A stretch of DNA of 61,643 nt from a virus. A program made the position numbers and the translations under genes. The DNA lies in the IMG/VR virus record IMGVR_UViG_3300010403_000005, positions 1 through 61,643 of that record. One strand, written 5' to 3'. The notes below the pieces were generated by a model, which saw only the letters and a list, made by a program, of their open reading frames with translations, made no database searches and had not been told where the DNA came from. Each line of letters starts with the position of its first letter. Within the stretch, counting starts at the first letter, position 1. Positions 49,679 through 59,441 of the stretch are shown in pieces.

Positions 49679-50212
49679 TTACGCGGCGACCAGACCGGGG
49701 ATGGCGTTCGGACCAACGACGTCCTTACCCGTGAGCAGCATGTACGACAGGCGGTCCGCCCGGCCGTATCTCCCTCCCGGTCCGTCATCGACTTGATACG
49801 CCCACTCGGATCTGAAGAGTTCCTTCGCGGCCCCGGACCAGTCTGAGTGCTCGACGTCCGCGATGCACGCCTTGAACGCGAGCGCTTTCATGCCGAGGTT
49901 AAAGGCCATGTCCAAGACGACGCGCTGCCGTACTTCGTTCAGCTGCAGGTAGGTCGGGAAGTGCAGGACCACGGCTTTCTCTACGCGGGCCACGTCCGCT
50001 CCGAGCACCTGCATGGCTTCCTCGCGGGTGATGCAATCGCTCGTGCGGCTCAATACGACCTTGCGGCCGATGATGCGCTCGAACTCGTCCATCCCACGAG
50101 CGGCTACGTTGTAGCCGACGCCAAGTGTGTCGTAGCCCTTCGTGTCCTTGTAGACGCGCAGCTTGACGCCTTCGTGCAGGCACAGCTGCGTCTCTATGTT
50201 CCGGTAGTTCAC
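49679..50212 (-). CDS. Endolysin, GH24 (T4-lysozyme-like)
   Basis: GTG 50212 (GTGA overlap). LHEGVKLRVYKDTKGYDTLGVGYN matches the E..D..T catalytic pattern. Confidence 0.85.
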   Translation of the reverse strand: MNYRNIETQLCLHEGVKLRVYKDTKGYDTLGVGYNVAARGMDEFERIIGRKVVLSRTSDCITREEAMQVLGADVARVEKAVVLHFPTYLQLNEVRQRVVLDMAFNLGMKALAFKACIADVEHSDWSGAAKELFRSEWAYQVDDGPGGRYGRADRLSYMLLTGKDVVGPNAIPGLVAA

Positions 50213-50412
50213 TGCTTGACTACCTGAGCCGTGGCTCGCGCTTCCGCGATCACGCCGGTCACGAGAGTGGCGACTTCCGGGTGCCCAGCGACCGTGGCAA
50301 CCGCACTCAGGACTTCCGGGTGGTTCGAAGCCCACAGCGCGGCCTGCGCTGCCTTGACAGAGACCTTGGCGAACCCGAGACCGACGTTCTTCCAATTGAT
50401 TCCGAACATCAC
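50209..50412 (-). CDS. Hypothetical 67 aa in the lysis region
   Basis: ORF track entry, coupled on both sides. Confidence 0.55.
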   Translation of the reverse strand: MMFGINWKNVGLGFAKVSVKAAQAALWASNHPEVLSAVATVAGHPEVATLVTGVIAEARATAQVVKQ

Positions 50413-50774
50413 AGACCTCCCTTGTAAGACGAACCTCCGAAGAAGTGCACGCCGAGGTACATCAGCCCACGCACCACAGGGCTGACGCCGAGGGCTTTCA
50501 TCGCCTCGTAGAAGATGGCGTCTGCCACGATCTTGCTACCTGCGCCATACGTCCGGTACAGGTAGTCGTGGATCACGGCCGCCTTGCCGTAGCGGCCGTT
50601 CGGAGGCAGCAGCCACCAGAGGAAGCGCGGCACGCTGGCGAAGTCCGTGATGAAGCCCGCAGGCACGTGGATCGTCAGACCCAGTGACGTGTCGTAATCG
50701 AACTCCTCGCGGAGCTTGAAATTGCGGCCGTCGATGTCTTCGGTGACGAGCGGGGTGTGGAAGCTAGGCTTCAT
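50409..50774 (-). CDS. DUF1353-domain protein
   Basis: VPAGFITDFASVPRFLWWLL...AAVIHDYLY. Confidence 0.7.
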   Translation of the reverse strand: MKPSFHTPLVTEDIDGRNFKLREEFDYDTSLGLTIHVPAGFITDFASVPRFLWWLLPPNGRYGKAAVIHDYLYRTYGAGSKIVADAIFYEAMKALGVSPVVRGLMYLGVHFFGGSSYKGGL

Positions 50775-51371
50775 CTAGTTCTCCTCTGATGCGTTGCTCT
50801 GACTGATCTTGATCACGCGGCACCGGGCGAGCGAGTTCAGCTTGAGCCGAATCACTTCGACGCCGATATCTTCGAGGTCTTTCTGAGCGGCGTTTTTGAG
50901 CTTGGTCTTGAGTGTGCCACGCCGTTGTTCATTTTGCAAGGCCTCCCACGCCATCGAGCAGCAGACGTCGTGGAGGGCAGTCATGGCCACGTCGATGGTG
51001 GCGGTCACCGGCGAATGGTTCTCCGGTACGAGCTTCGACAGATCCTTGACGCGGTACGTCAACGTGCCACTGACGAGAAACGTTTTACCATCCGTGGTCT
51101 CCATCGTCTGCGTCTCAAGTCGGTCAGTCTGCTTGGCCGTGGGGTACGGCACCCAAGTGCTTGTGGCTGGCCAGTACCAGTGGATGCCCGGCTCACACAT
51201 CGTGAGCCGCATCTGCCCGTTGTAGCCGCCGAAGAACACCCGCAGGCGCAATGGCAGCAGGAACCCGGTGTACTTGACCGCACCCTCCGTTGTGTCAAGG
51301 ATCACCCGGCGAGGAATCCACTGGCCGACCCAGTCCGCGATCTGGCCAATCCATGCGAAGGCATTCTCCAT
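50775..51371 (-). CDS. SPFH / band-7 domain protein
   Basis: ...CEPGIHWYWP...ETTDGKTFLVSGTLTYRVKD...DIGVEVIRLKLNSL. Confidence 0.65.
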   Translation of the reverse strand: MENAFAWIGQIADWVGQWIPRRVILDTTEGAVKYTGFLLPLRLRVFFGGYNGQMRLTMCEPGIHWYWPATSTWVPYPTAKQTDRLETQTMETTDGKTFLVSGTLTYRVKDLSKLVPENHSPVTATIDVAMTALHDVCCSMAWEALQNEQRRGTLKTKLKNAAQKDLEDIGVEVIRLKLNSLARCRVIKISQSNASEEN

Positions 51372-51374
51372 GCC

Positions 51375-51677
51375 TTACCGGGCCTCCACCGTGCTCCGGG
51401 TATGACTCTGGTGCTCCACGTAGATCAGACCGGCCGCCCCGAGCCACGCCACGATCACGGCTCCGATGAGCCACACGGCGGCCTGCTTCACGGTTTCGAT
51501 GGGCCGCAGACGACGGTCAAGGGCGTTGAACCGATCCTGATCCTTCAGCTCATGGGCATGCATCCACGAGTTGCTGCTGGCGAACCCATCCGTGACTACC
51601 TTTGTCAGAGCCGCATGATCTTCCCGCTGCTCCACCCTCATGCTCTGCAGTTCCGTCTGAATGTTAAAGTCCGCCAT
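51375..51677 (-). CDS. Protein with a C-terminal TM segment (100 aa)
   Basis: AGGGAG upstream. The C-terminus reads ...AAVWLIGAVIVAWLGAAGLIYV. Confidence 0.6.
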   Translation of the reverse strand: MADFNIQTELQSMRVEQREDHAALTKVVTDGFASSNSWMHAHELKDQDRFNALDRRLRPIETVKQAAVWLIGAVIVAWLGAAGLIYVEHQSHTRSTVEAR

Positions 51678-51694
51678 ATGGGCTCCCTATTGGT

Positions 51695-54600
51695 TTACCG
51701 TGTGAATACGTAGTATGCGATCTTGATCCGGATGTTTGTGACCTGCGATACAGGCGGTCCGGCCAGCCGAGCGAGTACGGCAGCCGTCCGGATGCGAAGA
51801 CCATCTCCAACAGTGGTGTGACCGCTCGCCACACTCTGAAGGGTAAACGCAGACCCAATGTTCGCTGCCACAATAGTTTGCGCGTTGCCGTTGTTCAAGG
51901 CCAAGGAAAGCGTGCCGCAGATGGTGTCCGTGCCGCTCGTGTATTGAAGCTGAAGGCTCGTACCGCCGTTCGTCCACGTCTGCGCGTTCTTGTCCATGAT
52001 GTAGGACCAGTAGAGCGGAAAGTACACTACGCCGGGTGCCCCACTGAGCACGATGATCGGCGTTGTACCCGAATTGATCAGGTCCGTGTCAGTAAGGACG
52101 ATGTCCAGCACCTGCACAGCAGAGGTCTGAGAAGCCAGAATCAAAGCGGCTGCGTTATTACCTGCCGTGTTCACAGCCGTGGAAATCACACCCGAGGAGC
52201 TTCCACCAGCCGATTCGTCCACCGACTCAGACAACTTCAGCAACAGGTCGTTCAGGTTAAACCGGGCTGCCGAGTCCGCCACCACATTGTAGCGCGGCGT
52301 CAGATCATCTGACTCATCGTGAAACTGGTCGATGGTGACTTCCTGAATGATGAAGTCGCCAGTGATCGGTGGATCATTCAGATCCACGTGGACAACCTTG
52401 CCAGCCTTGCTCAACGAGTCGCGTGTCGAGTAGCGCAGCGTCACAATAGGCCGCGAGAACATTTTCAATTCCGCAAGGGCTCGACCGTACATCTGAGACA
52501 GGTTAGTCAGCCCATCGTCGCTGATGGTGTACTCGTGGATGCCATCCGTGGGGTTACCGTCGTTGTCCAGCTCCAGCGATCCGTAGAACTTCTGCGATGC
52601 AATGTCGTCCACGACGATGAAGGGCAGAATCGGCTGGCCTCCGCCGTACAGCCAGTTTGCCTGCAGGATGGGCTGCTTCAGACCTTCCGGAAGCAGGATC
52701 GCCTGTGGCGTCGAAGACGCATCGATAGCGTTGTAGGCGATTATGCGCGAGCCGACCATGAACTTTCCGCCCGTGGGCGAGAACGTCGAGGTGTCCGCGA
52801 CCTGTACGCGAGTCGCATCAATGGCTGCATCGGCCGCGATGATCGTGCCCTTGCCCTTGACGTAGATGCGGTTCCGCAGCTGCGACGTATCGGAAGTCAT
52901 CGTGATGGGAGGATCGAGCAGCAACAGTTCGCTGTTGTCATCGATGTCCTCCGGAGCGATGAGTGACTCCAGATCCGGACCCGGCAGGTCTTCTTCGCCG
53001 GGTGGGATATTGTTCGGAGTATGTTCTCCACCAGTCACAGCCGAGCCGAAGTTGAATGTGAGCGTCGTGGTTGTATTGTCGTTGATCACCCACACGCAGG
53101 CGCAGCTATCGTTACCACCAAAGTCCGGCACGCCACGCGAACCCAACGGGTTACTGAAAACCGATCCGTAAACGCGTCGGAAGACCACGTCCACACCGTT
53201 GATCGACTGGCCTACTGGAATATTAGTGGCGTAACCAGTATTCAACCCGGTCATCAGCGCGGGGCCGCTGGCCATGCTTGAACGTGACTCCGTGCCATCG
53301 CGGTAGACGCATGTGATCTTAAACGCCCAGTATCCTGCCTGCGGCAAGCGGCCAAGGAACGACGTTGTGTCCACCGCTACTCCACTATCCACCACGGTCA
53401 TCTGGCCTGTGGGGCCGATAGGCGGATTGACGTTGTGGTGCGGCTGCAGCGAGAAATTGGCCGATGAGTAGTTCGCTGTTGGTGCTTGCCCCACGAGCGT
53501 GGTCGTGGTGTTATCACCAATTGTGCAGTAGCCCTGAATCGTAGTGCCACCGGCCCTGTGAGCATCGGCCAAGCGCACTGCGTAAATGTTTCTCGCTGTC
53601 GCGCTACGTCCACCAATGGTCGGCCCCGTAGGGATGCTCGTGAACGTGGGTAGGAACTTCTCAAGGTAGATCAGGTTCGAGATCTGGCTCAGGCCGCTCT
53701 CGAACGCTGCCTGCTGCGGCTGCGCTGGTGGACCTGATGCCGTCTCCAGTGCATTCCAGACGTCCGAGGAAGCAAAGTAGATCGCATTCGGTCCAGCAGG
53801 AGGCCAGTTACCCTCCGCGAACGGTGTGCCGTCCGCATCCACTCCTGTCCAGCCACGAGGCTGCAGGACGTTACCGCAGTAGGCACCGTTCGAAATGTCA
53901 CCCTGCAGATTGCGGTTGGCCGCCTGCTCGGACAGCATGATCCATCGCGGAGCACCAGACGTCTGGTTGGGCAGCGGAGCCAGCGAAGGCGTACCGCCCT
54001 GTCCGTAGTTCAAGAAGACGCCAGACGCGTTCGCCCGCGAGGCCATGACGCCCACGCCGGTAGCACTCAGCGAGTCGTACACCTTGGCCGTTGGCCCAGC
54101 CGAGGGCACCCCGTAAAAGGCCGAGGACATGAAGTAATACCAGCCCGGCACAAAGCCGTAGCCCAGCGTAGACACGGTGCTTTCGCTGACAACAAGAGCT
54201 GCCGTTGAGGGCATCACTAGCGCCGAGACAGGCATTTCTGAAGTGCCTAGCGCTGTCGCCAACGCAAACAGATGCACCGCTTTGCTGTAGTCGATGTACC
54301 AGTGGCCCTCGCCAAGCAGCCCTGCGATCTTCGTCATGACCGTGGTGAGATCATCGTCGCCAGTCAGCACCAGCGAGATACGCGGCAGATTGCTTTGCAC
54401 GTAGGAGGTAGAAAAGTCCGGTGCGAACAGTGCGATCAGCTCGCGCACGACCGTGGAGGCACTCACGTTATTCCACGTGCCGAACGGCCTCTTTCGGTTA
54501 AAGGCAAACCGATGGTCGGTCGCGGTCACGTTCCACGCGATGTTTCCACGGTAGTCTTCGATGATCTGCTCGACAGTGGAGACCTGTCCCGAAAAAATCA

Positions 54601-55354
54601 GCGTATCATTGTCCGTGAAAATGACCTTCTCACCACCTACGGGAGGCACGCCCGTACCGTCGATGGTGAAACTCGCCGTGTTCGGGCCGCTATTCAGCGT
54701 GTCACGAACGGTGATGGACGGCTGACGTCGGATGTCCTCGTTGAACACCACAGACGTAAATGTGAACAGCTTCTTACCGGTGACAACTGCTCCGCCCGGC
54801 TCGATGATTGTGACGTCCACTGCACCCGACGTATGCGCGGGCGTGACACAGAAGAAGTGCTTCGCGTCGATGAAGATTACGCCCGTGGCCGCGACTCCAC
54901 CGAACTTGATCGTGGAGCCTGTCACGAAGTTCACCCCGGTGATCGTGACATTGGTGCCTCCCGACGAGAGGCCGCGAGAGTTCGACAGGGAAATGATGTG
55001 CCCGGCGATGTACGTAAAGGCCGCAGACAGAGTGCTGCTCTCGCCGTTGGGGTTCGTAACGACCAGATCGACAATGCCCTCTGCTCCGGCAGGAGCGTTG
55101 CACGTGATCGAGGTGGAACTCACCCACACGACGCTGGTGGCGGCCACACCGTTGATGGTCACCGTGGCCCCGTTCACGAAACGGATGCCGGTGATCGTCA
55201 GCGCTGTGCCGCCGGAGACCCGATCCGAGTCCGGCGACACCGAGTAGACAATCGGGAAGCTCTCGATTGCACCACGCGGAGGCGGAGGGAAGAAGTCTCC
55301 GCCGGGCTGGAGGCCCGGCTTCGGAGCCAGCTTGCTCTTCTCTACGATACCCAT
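51695..55354 (-). CDS. Large tail fibre / host-specificity protein with N-terminal IPT/TIG-like repeats
   Basis: 1219 aa. It has three repeats of the type SGGTALTITGIRFVNGATVTINGVAATSVVWVSSTSITC. The gene lies downstream of the tape measure gene. Confidence 0.75.
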   Translation of the reverse strand: MGIVEKSKLAPKPGLQPGGDFFPPPPRGAIESFPIVYSVSPDSDRVSGGTALTITGIRFVNGATVTINGVAATSVVWVSSTSITCNAPAGAEGIVDLVVTNPNGESSTLSAAFTYIAGHIISLSNSRGLSSGGTNVTITGVNFVTGSTIKFGGVAATGVIFIDAKHFFCVTPAHTSGAVDVTIIEPGGAVVTGKKLFTFTSVVFNEDIRRQPSITVRDTLNSGPNTASFTIDGTGVPPVGGEKVIFTDNDTLIFSGQVSTVEQIIEDYRGNIAWNVTATDHRFAFNRKRPFGTWNNVSASTVVRELIALFAPDFSTSYVQSNLPRISLVLTGDDDLTTVMTKIAGLLGEGHWYIDYSKAVHLFALATALGTSEMPVSALVMPSTAALVVSESTVSTLGYGFVPGWYYFMSSAFYGVPSAGPTAKVYDSLSATGVGVMASRANASGVFLNYGQGGTPSLAPLPNQTSGAPRWIMLSEQAANRNLQGDISNGAYCGNVLQPRGWTGVDADGTPFAEGNWPPAGPNAIYFASSDVWNALETASGPPAQPQQAAFESGLSQISNLIYLEKFLPTFTSIPTGPTIGGRSATARNIYAVRLADAHRAGGTTIQGYCTIGDNTTTTLVGQAPTANYSSANFSLQPHHNVNPPIGPTGQMTVVDSGVAVDTTSFLGRLPQAGYWAFKITCVYRDGTESRSSMASGPALMTGLNTGYATNIPVGQSINGVDVVFRRVYGSVFSNPLGSRGVPDFGGNDSCACVWVINDNTTTTLTFNFGSAVTGGEHTPNNIPPGEEDLPGPDLESLIAPEDIDDNSELLLLDPPITMTSDTSQLRNRIYVKGKGTIIAADAAIDATRVQVADTSTFSPTGGKFMVGSRIIAYNAIDASSTPQAILLPEGLKQPILQANWLYGGGQPILPFIVVDDIASQKFYGSLELDNDGNPTDGIHEYTISDDGLTNLSQMYGRALAELKMFSRPIVTLRYSTRDSLSKAGKVVHVDLNDPPITGDFIIQEVTIDQFHDESDDLTPRYNVVADSAARFNLNDLLLKLSESVDESAGGSSSGVISTAVNTAGNNAAALILASQTSAVQVLDIVLTDTDLINSGTTPIIVLSGAPGVVYFPLYWSYIMDKNAQTWTNGGTSLQLQYTSGTDTICGTLSLALNNGNAQTIVAANIGSAFTLQSVASGHTTVGDGLRIRTAAVLARLAGPPVSQVTNIRIKIAYYVFTR

Positions 55355-55366
55355 CGCACGTCCTTC

Positions 55367-55918
55367 TTAGTTGGGCGAGTACAGGCAGAACTGATGCACG
55401 GTCATCGATCCGGTGCCGACCGTGTTCGTGAAGAACAGGTCCACCTGCTGCGTGGCCGTGGAGTCGAAGTTGCTGCCGACCGCCGGGGCCGAGTTCCACG
55501 GCAGGATCGCGGACAGCACGCCCTTTGGGGCCGTGGCCGGAACGCCGAGGATGTCTTCGCACGTCCACATGCCCTGACCCATCAGGTTGGCCGCCGTGCC
55601 GATGGCTCGGCAGGTCAGGTCGATCTTCAGCATCCAGCCGACGTTGGTGTGAGCCGCAACCGTATCCGGCAGAATGCCGAGGCCGTCAAACACCTTCGTG
55701 GCACCGAAGCGCACGTCGAAGGTGATGACGCCCGGCGTCGTGATCACGGTCGAGATGCGGCCCGTGGCCTCGATCACCAGCTTCTTGCCAATGACGTCGA
55801 AGAAGTTCGTCGGCAGCGTGAACTTCGCTGCCGCCGGGATGGCGGACGCGGCCACGCCGGTGGTGTTTGCCGTGCCGTCCACCTGAGAATTGACGAGTAC
55901 CGCTGAGTATCCGACCAT
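55367..55918 (-). CDS. Tail tip / distal tail structural protein (putative)
   Basis: 183-aa beta-rich ORF between the tape measure and fibre genes. Confidence 0.5.
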   Translation of the reverse strand: MVGYSAVLVNSQVDGTANTTGVAASAIPAAAKFTLPTNFFDVIGKKLVIEATGRISTVITTPGVITFDVRFGATKVFDGLGILPDTVAAHTNVGWMLKIDLTCRAIGTAANLMGQGMWTCEDILGVPATAPKGVLSAILPWNSAPAVGSNFDSTATQQVDLFFTNTVGTGSMTVHQFCLYSPN

Positions 55919-55929
55919 TGCTGCTCTCC

Positions 55930-58266
55930 TTACGCTGCGCCGTACTGGCGCGAGTACTTGAGGGTCCGCGAGATCTCATCCGCCACCTTGCGGGCGACAT
56001 CCTGCGCGGTACCGTTGACGTGAATAGTGATATTCGGTGCGCCAAACCCGATGCCCTTGTCGAGCGGCACGATAGCCTCGCGGCCGTGCAGCATGGCGAG
56101 CGTGCCCGCACCGAAGTCTCCGATCCCTCCCTCTCTGAAGCCCGGAATGCGCGGTCCAGCAGGTGGACCGGCCTTCTTGTGGTTCACCAGAATGTCCACG
56201 ATCTCTTCCCACGAGTAACCCATACGAGCGAGCCGCTCGGCCGACTCGTCCATGCCGATCAACGGGTGCGTGGACTGCACGCCCTGCGGACCGGCCGACG
56301 TGATGATTTGGTACGAGTTCAGCTTGTCCTGAAAGTTCGCAGATGTCACTTCTTGCGATCCGCCGGTCAGCTGTCGCTCCTCGTACTGCTTCAGCGTGAG
56401 CACTTCTCCAGAGAGTGTCTTGACCTTCTCGGTGTCCGCATCGATGGAGTTACCAACCTGCCCCCAGTGATCTCGAACGGTCTTGAGGTTGTCGATCACC
56501 TTTTGCTGCGCGTCCCGGTCGGCGTCTGTGTAGCTTGCATAGTGGGCACGCATGAAATTCATGTAGTCTTGCGCGTCCGCGATCTTCTTCAGCAGGCTCT
56601 CCTTCGACTTCGAGTCGGAGAGTAGCCGCTGCTGATCGGACAGTTCGATGTCCTTGTTCCGCAGAGCCCACAGGCTGTTGTAATAGTCCACGTCCGTCAC
56701 GCCCTTGGCCTGAGCCTCCGCGACGTGGATCTGGTAGTCCTTGTCGGCAGCTGCCTGCGCCTTCTGCGTGTCCGTTCCGGTTAGAGCCGCCAGCTTGGAC
56801 GCGTACTCGGCCCACGCCTTCTCGCTCGACAGCGCGGCTGCTTCGTTGGCCTTCTGGATCTCTTTGGCCGCCTTGGCAGCTTCGACAGCAGCTTCAGCCT
56901 GCGCCTTCGTCAGCTGCGGGAACGCATCGGTGAGATCCTGTACCTTGGCCCCCAGCGAAGCATAGTACTTCACCGAGTCCGCGATGCTGGCGTCGATGCC
57001 CTTGACCGTGTCCTGATAGGTCGCACCAAGCGAGTTGAGATCTTCCCAGCCCTTAGCGAACTTCTTGTCGGCCTCGGCCGCTGCCTCCGCGTTCTTCTTG
57101 TACAAGTCGAACTGTGACGAGTTGACGCCGATGGCTTCCGCGTTCTTGACGTTCAGCGCACCAATGTCGCGGAGGTGGTTCAGATCCTTGATCTGCCACT
57201 CTTCGAGCTTCTGCGCAGCGTCGATCTCCAGCTTGCTCATGAAGACAGCGGCCTGCTGCTCGGCAGTCAGCTGCTTCTTCGCTTCCGCATGGGCCTTGGT
57301 CTGCTTCGTGGACTCGGCCTGCTTCTTGTTCTGCTCGTCCAGCGCGTCCGACAGCAGATGTGTGTGGATGTCGAGCCCGGTCATCTCTCCGGCGGTGTCC
57401 GCGAGGACGTCCACGGAGTCGCGCCACAGGGTATTCCAGAAGCCGATCTTGTGCGAGGACTCGACCAGCGTGTTCGCACCCTCCGCCAGCGGGCCAAGCA
57501 GCGACGTCGCCACTGAGTGGATGTTCGAGTCCAGCCGCTTAAATGCCAGCTCCAGTTCGGCCGTAGCCTTGACGGACTCTTCGCTGGCGATGTGGTTCCA
57601 TTCCTTCGCCCGGTCGATGGCTCCGTCCACGTCTGTGGAGAAGGCTTCCATCGCCTTGCCCATACGAGCACCGAATAGATCCGCAGCAGCCGAGTCCTTC
57701 ATCGTGCCCTGCAGCGTGCCGAGCGCACGCTCGACGGTCAGGAACAACTCCTCGCCGTGCAGGTTCTTCACGTCCTGAATCGACAGGCCCATCATGTGCA
57801 GCGCAGTCACGGTTGACTGATCGCCACCAGCGATCCGCTGACTCAGCTGGAAGATCGCTCGACCCATCTGGTCGGCGTCGATGCCGTACTCTTTCGTAGC
57901 CGCCCCGAGGACTTGCAGTTCCTCGACGCCGATGCCTGTCTGCTTGCTCAGAATTTCGAGGGCGTGCGCTTCTTCGAGGATCTCACCGGCGAAGCGGAAC
58001 ACCTCGCGGATGGCGAACGCTTCCACGATGCGTTCGGTGAGATGGCTCAGCTGGTCGTCAAAGAGCTTGACGGATTCGCCCGACTCGTGAACGTTGGCCC
58101 GGAACGTACTCTGATGCTGAGCAGCAGAGTCTACTCTGCCGCTCAGCGAGTCGAACTTTGACTCCAGCCCAGTGATGCGCTGGGTCAAGACGTCTACGGT
58201 CGCCTGAGAGTTATCCGTGATCTCAATGCGGCCGGACAGTGTTCCTATTTCGAGGCCTTCAGCCAC
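55930..58266 (-). CDS. Tail tape measure protein
   Basis: 778 aa, largely coiled-coil. It has a TP901-type core (GIGVEELQVLGAATKEYGIDADQMGRAIFQLSQRI) and follows the chaperone pair. Confidence 0.85.
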   Translation of the reverse strand: MAEGLEIGTLSGRIEITDNSQATVDVLTQRITGLESKFDSLSGRVDSAAQHQSTFRANVHESGESVKLFDDQLSHLTERIVEAFAIREVFRFAGEILEEAHALEILSKQTGIGVEELQVLGAATKEYGIDADQMGRAIFQLSQRIAGGDQSTVTALHMMGLSIQDVKNLHGEELFLTVERALGTLQGTMKDSAAADLFGARMGKAMEAFSTDVDGAIDRAKEWNHIASEESVKATAELELAFKRLDSNIHSVATSLLGPLAEGANTLVESSHKIGFWNTLWRDSVDVLADTAGEMTGLDIHTHLLSDALDEQNKKQAESTKQTKAHAEAKKQLTAEQQAAVFMSKLEIDAAQKLEEWQIKDLNHLRDIGALNVKNAEAIGVNSSQFDLYKKNAEAAAEADKKFAKGWEDLNSLGATYQDTVKGIDASIADSVKYYASLGAKVQDLTDAFPQLTKAQAEAAVEAAKAAKEIQKANEAAALSSEKAWAEYASKLAALTGTDTQKAQAAADKDYQIHVAEAQAKGVTDVDYYNSLWALRNKDIELSDQQRLLSDSKSKESLLKKIADAQDYMNFMRAHYASYTDADRDAQQKVIDNLKTVRDHWGQVGNSIDADTEKVKTLSGEVLTLKQYEERQLTGGSQEVTSANFQDKLNSYQIITSAGPQGVQSTHPLIGMDESAERLARMGYSWEEIVDILVNHKKAGPPAGPRIPGFREGGIGDFGAGTLAMLHGREAIVPLDKGIGFGAPNITIHVNGTAQDVARKVADEISRTLKYSRQYGAA

Positions 58267-58600
58267 GTTTGCTCTTCTTCTTTTTCGGTCTTGCCTCTTC
58301 GGCCTTTGACAACGCGACTTGCATCCGGGCGATGAACTTCATGTGCTGCCACGGTGCCTGCGCTGCCGCCGATGGGGCCTTGCTCCCTCCGTCCTTCGCT
58401 GCCTCCTGCTTCTTACGCTTCCCGTACGTGAGCAGGAAGTCTTCGACGTTCGCCGGTTTCACTGAACGTGACCGGAACACGTTGTAGAGGGCTGCGCAGA
58501 TCGAAGCCGCCTGCCAGTCTCCTCTGATACCACCTATCGGCTCGACCTGATCAAAATCCCACCACGTCATGAACTGACGCATGCTCATCTCGCGGAGCAT
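58259..58600 (-). CDS. Tail assembly chaperone, T-like part (probably expressed as a G-T fusion by -1 frameshift)
   Basis: The frame is -1 relative to 58633-59031 and is open back across the G stop codon. Confidence 0.6.
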   Translation of the reverse strand: MLREMSMRQFMTWWDFDQVEPIGGIRGDWQAASICAALYNVFRSRSVKPANVEDFLLTYGKRKKQEAAKDGGSKAPSAAAQAPWQHMKFIARMQVALSKAEEARPKKKKSKRG

Positions 58601-58632
58601 ACGGCGGACGTCAGGCTGCCGAAGTTCGAGCG

Positions 58633-59031
58633 CTAGTCGGTGGGCGAATCGCCAGTAGACGTCGGCACTGCTGGCGAATCGCTGGAATCGTTTGGGCGTT
58701 CGACGCCTTTAACCTCCAGATTGTTCAATTCGATGGCCGCGAGCCGGAGCTTCTTGAGCGTCTCCGGGTTCTTGTCACGCAGCTTCAGGACGTCCGCGAG
58801 CTTGCCGATGCGCTTGCCGTTGGAGTCCACGAGACACTCGGCCACGAGCACAAGGCCGTTGATCTTCGACTTCTCCTCGTCCTTCTGGTCTTCGAACCAC
58901 TGGATCATCCGGGCCGCTGACAACGAGCCCAGCCTTACGCTCTTGCCTCCCCCGATGGGCACGTTGGTGTAGTCCGCGTCGTCCAGCGAGATCAGCTCGT
59001 CCCACGAATCGATGGTCGTTACTTCAGTCAT
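58633..59031 (-). CDS. Tail assembly chaperone, G-like
   Basis: 132-aa acidic ORF immediately upstream of the T-like part and the tape measure gene. Confidence 0.65.
   Translation of the reverse strand: MTEVTTIDSWDELISLDDADYTNVPIGGGKSVRLGSLSAARMIQWFEDQKDEEKSKINGLVLVAECLVDSNGKRIGKLADVLKLRDKNPETLKKLRLAAIELNNLEVKGVERPNDSSDSPAVPTSTGDSPTD
58690..58696 (-). promoter_or_regulatory. Candidate -1 slippery heptamer C CCA AAC
   Basis: In the G frame the codons read CGC CCA AAC. After a -1 slip the next codon starts in the frame of 58259-58600. Confidence 0.45.
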
Positions 59032-59441
59032 GCATCCCTCCTATTGTATTCCGCGAGAATGTTGAACCCGCTCTGCTGCTGCTCGCGGTCGTTCACGCCG
59101 ATGTCGTGTGGCTCGTTCAAGCAGCGAATGCGTCTGTACCAGCCCGAGTTGATGAACTCATTGCGAACCTGACCGAGCGAGTAGTACGCACTCGATGCGA
59201 AGGCTTCAGCGGTCTCGTAGTCGTCGGCCGCAGCCACGATCTGCGCTCCGGGCGACAGGAAGGCTGGACGGAGTGTGGCGTTCTGCGTTTGCTCGGGAGA
59301 CGTCCCGGCGGTCTTCTTGAGGTGCAGCGTAGCAAAGTCCTTCTTGGGAACGGTGACTCCCGACGTCGTGAAGATGGAGATGCCACGCACGCCGACGCCA
59401 TCGGCCTCCAACTTCGTGACGAGATCATCGAGAAACGCCAT
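59028..59441 (-). CDS. Tail terminator / tail completion protein (DUF3168-like, putative)
   Basis: 137-aa ORF between the gp10-like gene and the chaperones. Confidence 0.5.
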   Translation of the reverse strand: MAFLDDLVTKLEADGVGVRGISIFTTSGVTVPKKDFATLHLKKTAGTSPEQTQNATLRPAFLSPGAQIVAAADDYETAEAFASSAYYSLGQVRNEFINSGWYRRIRCLNEPHDIGVNDREQQQSGFNILAEYNRRDA

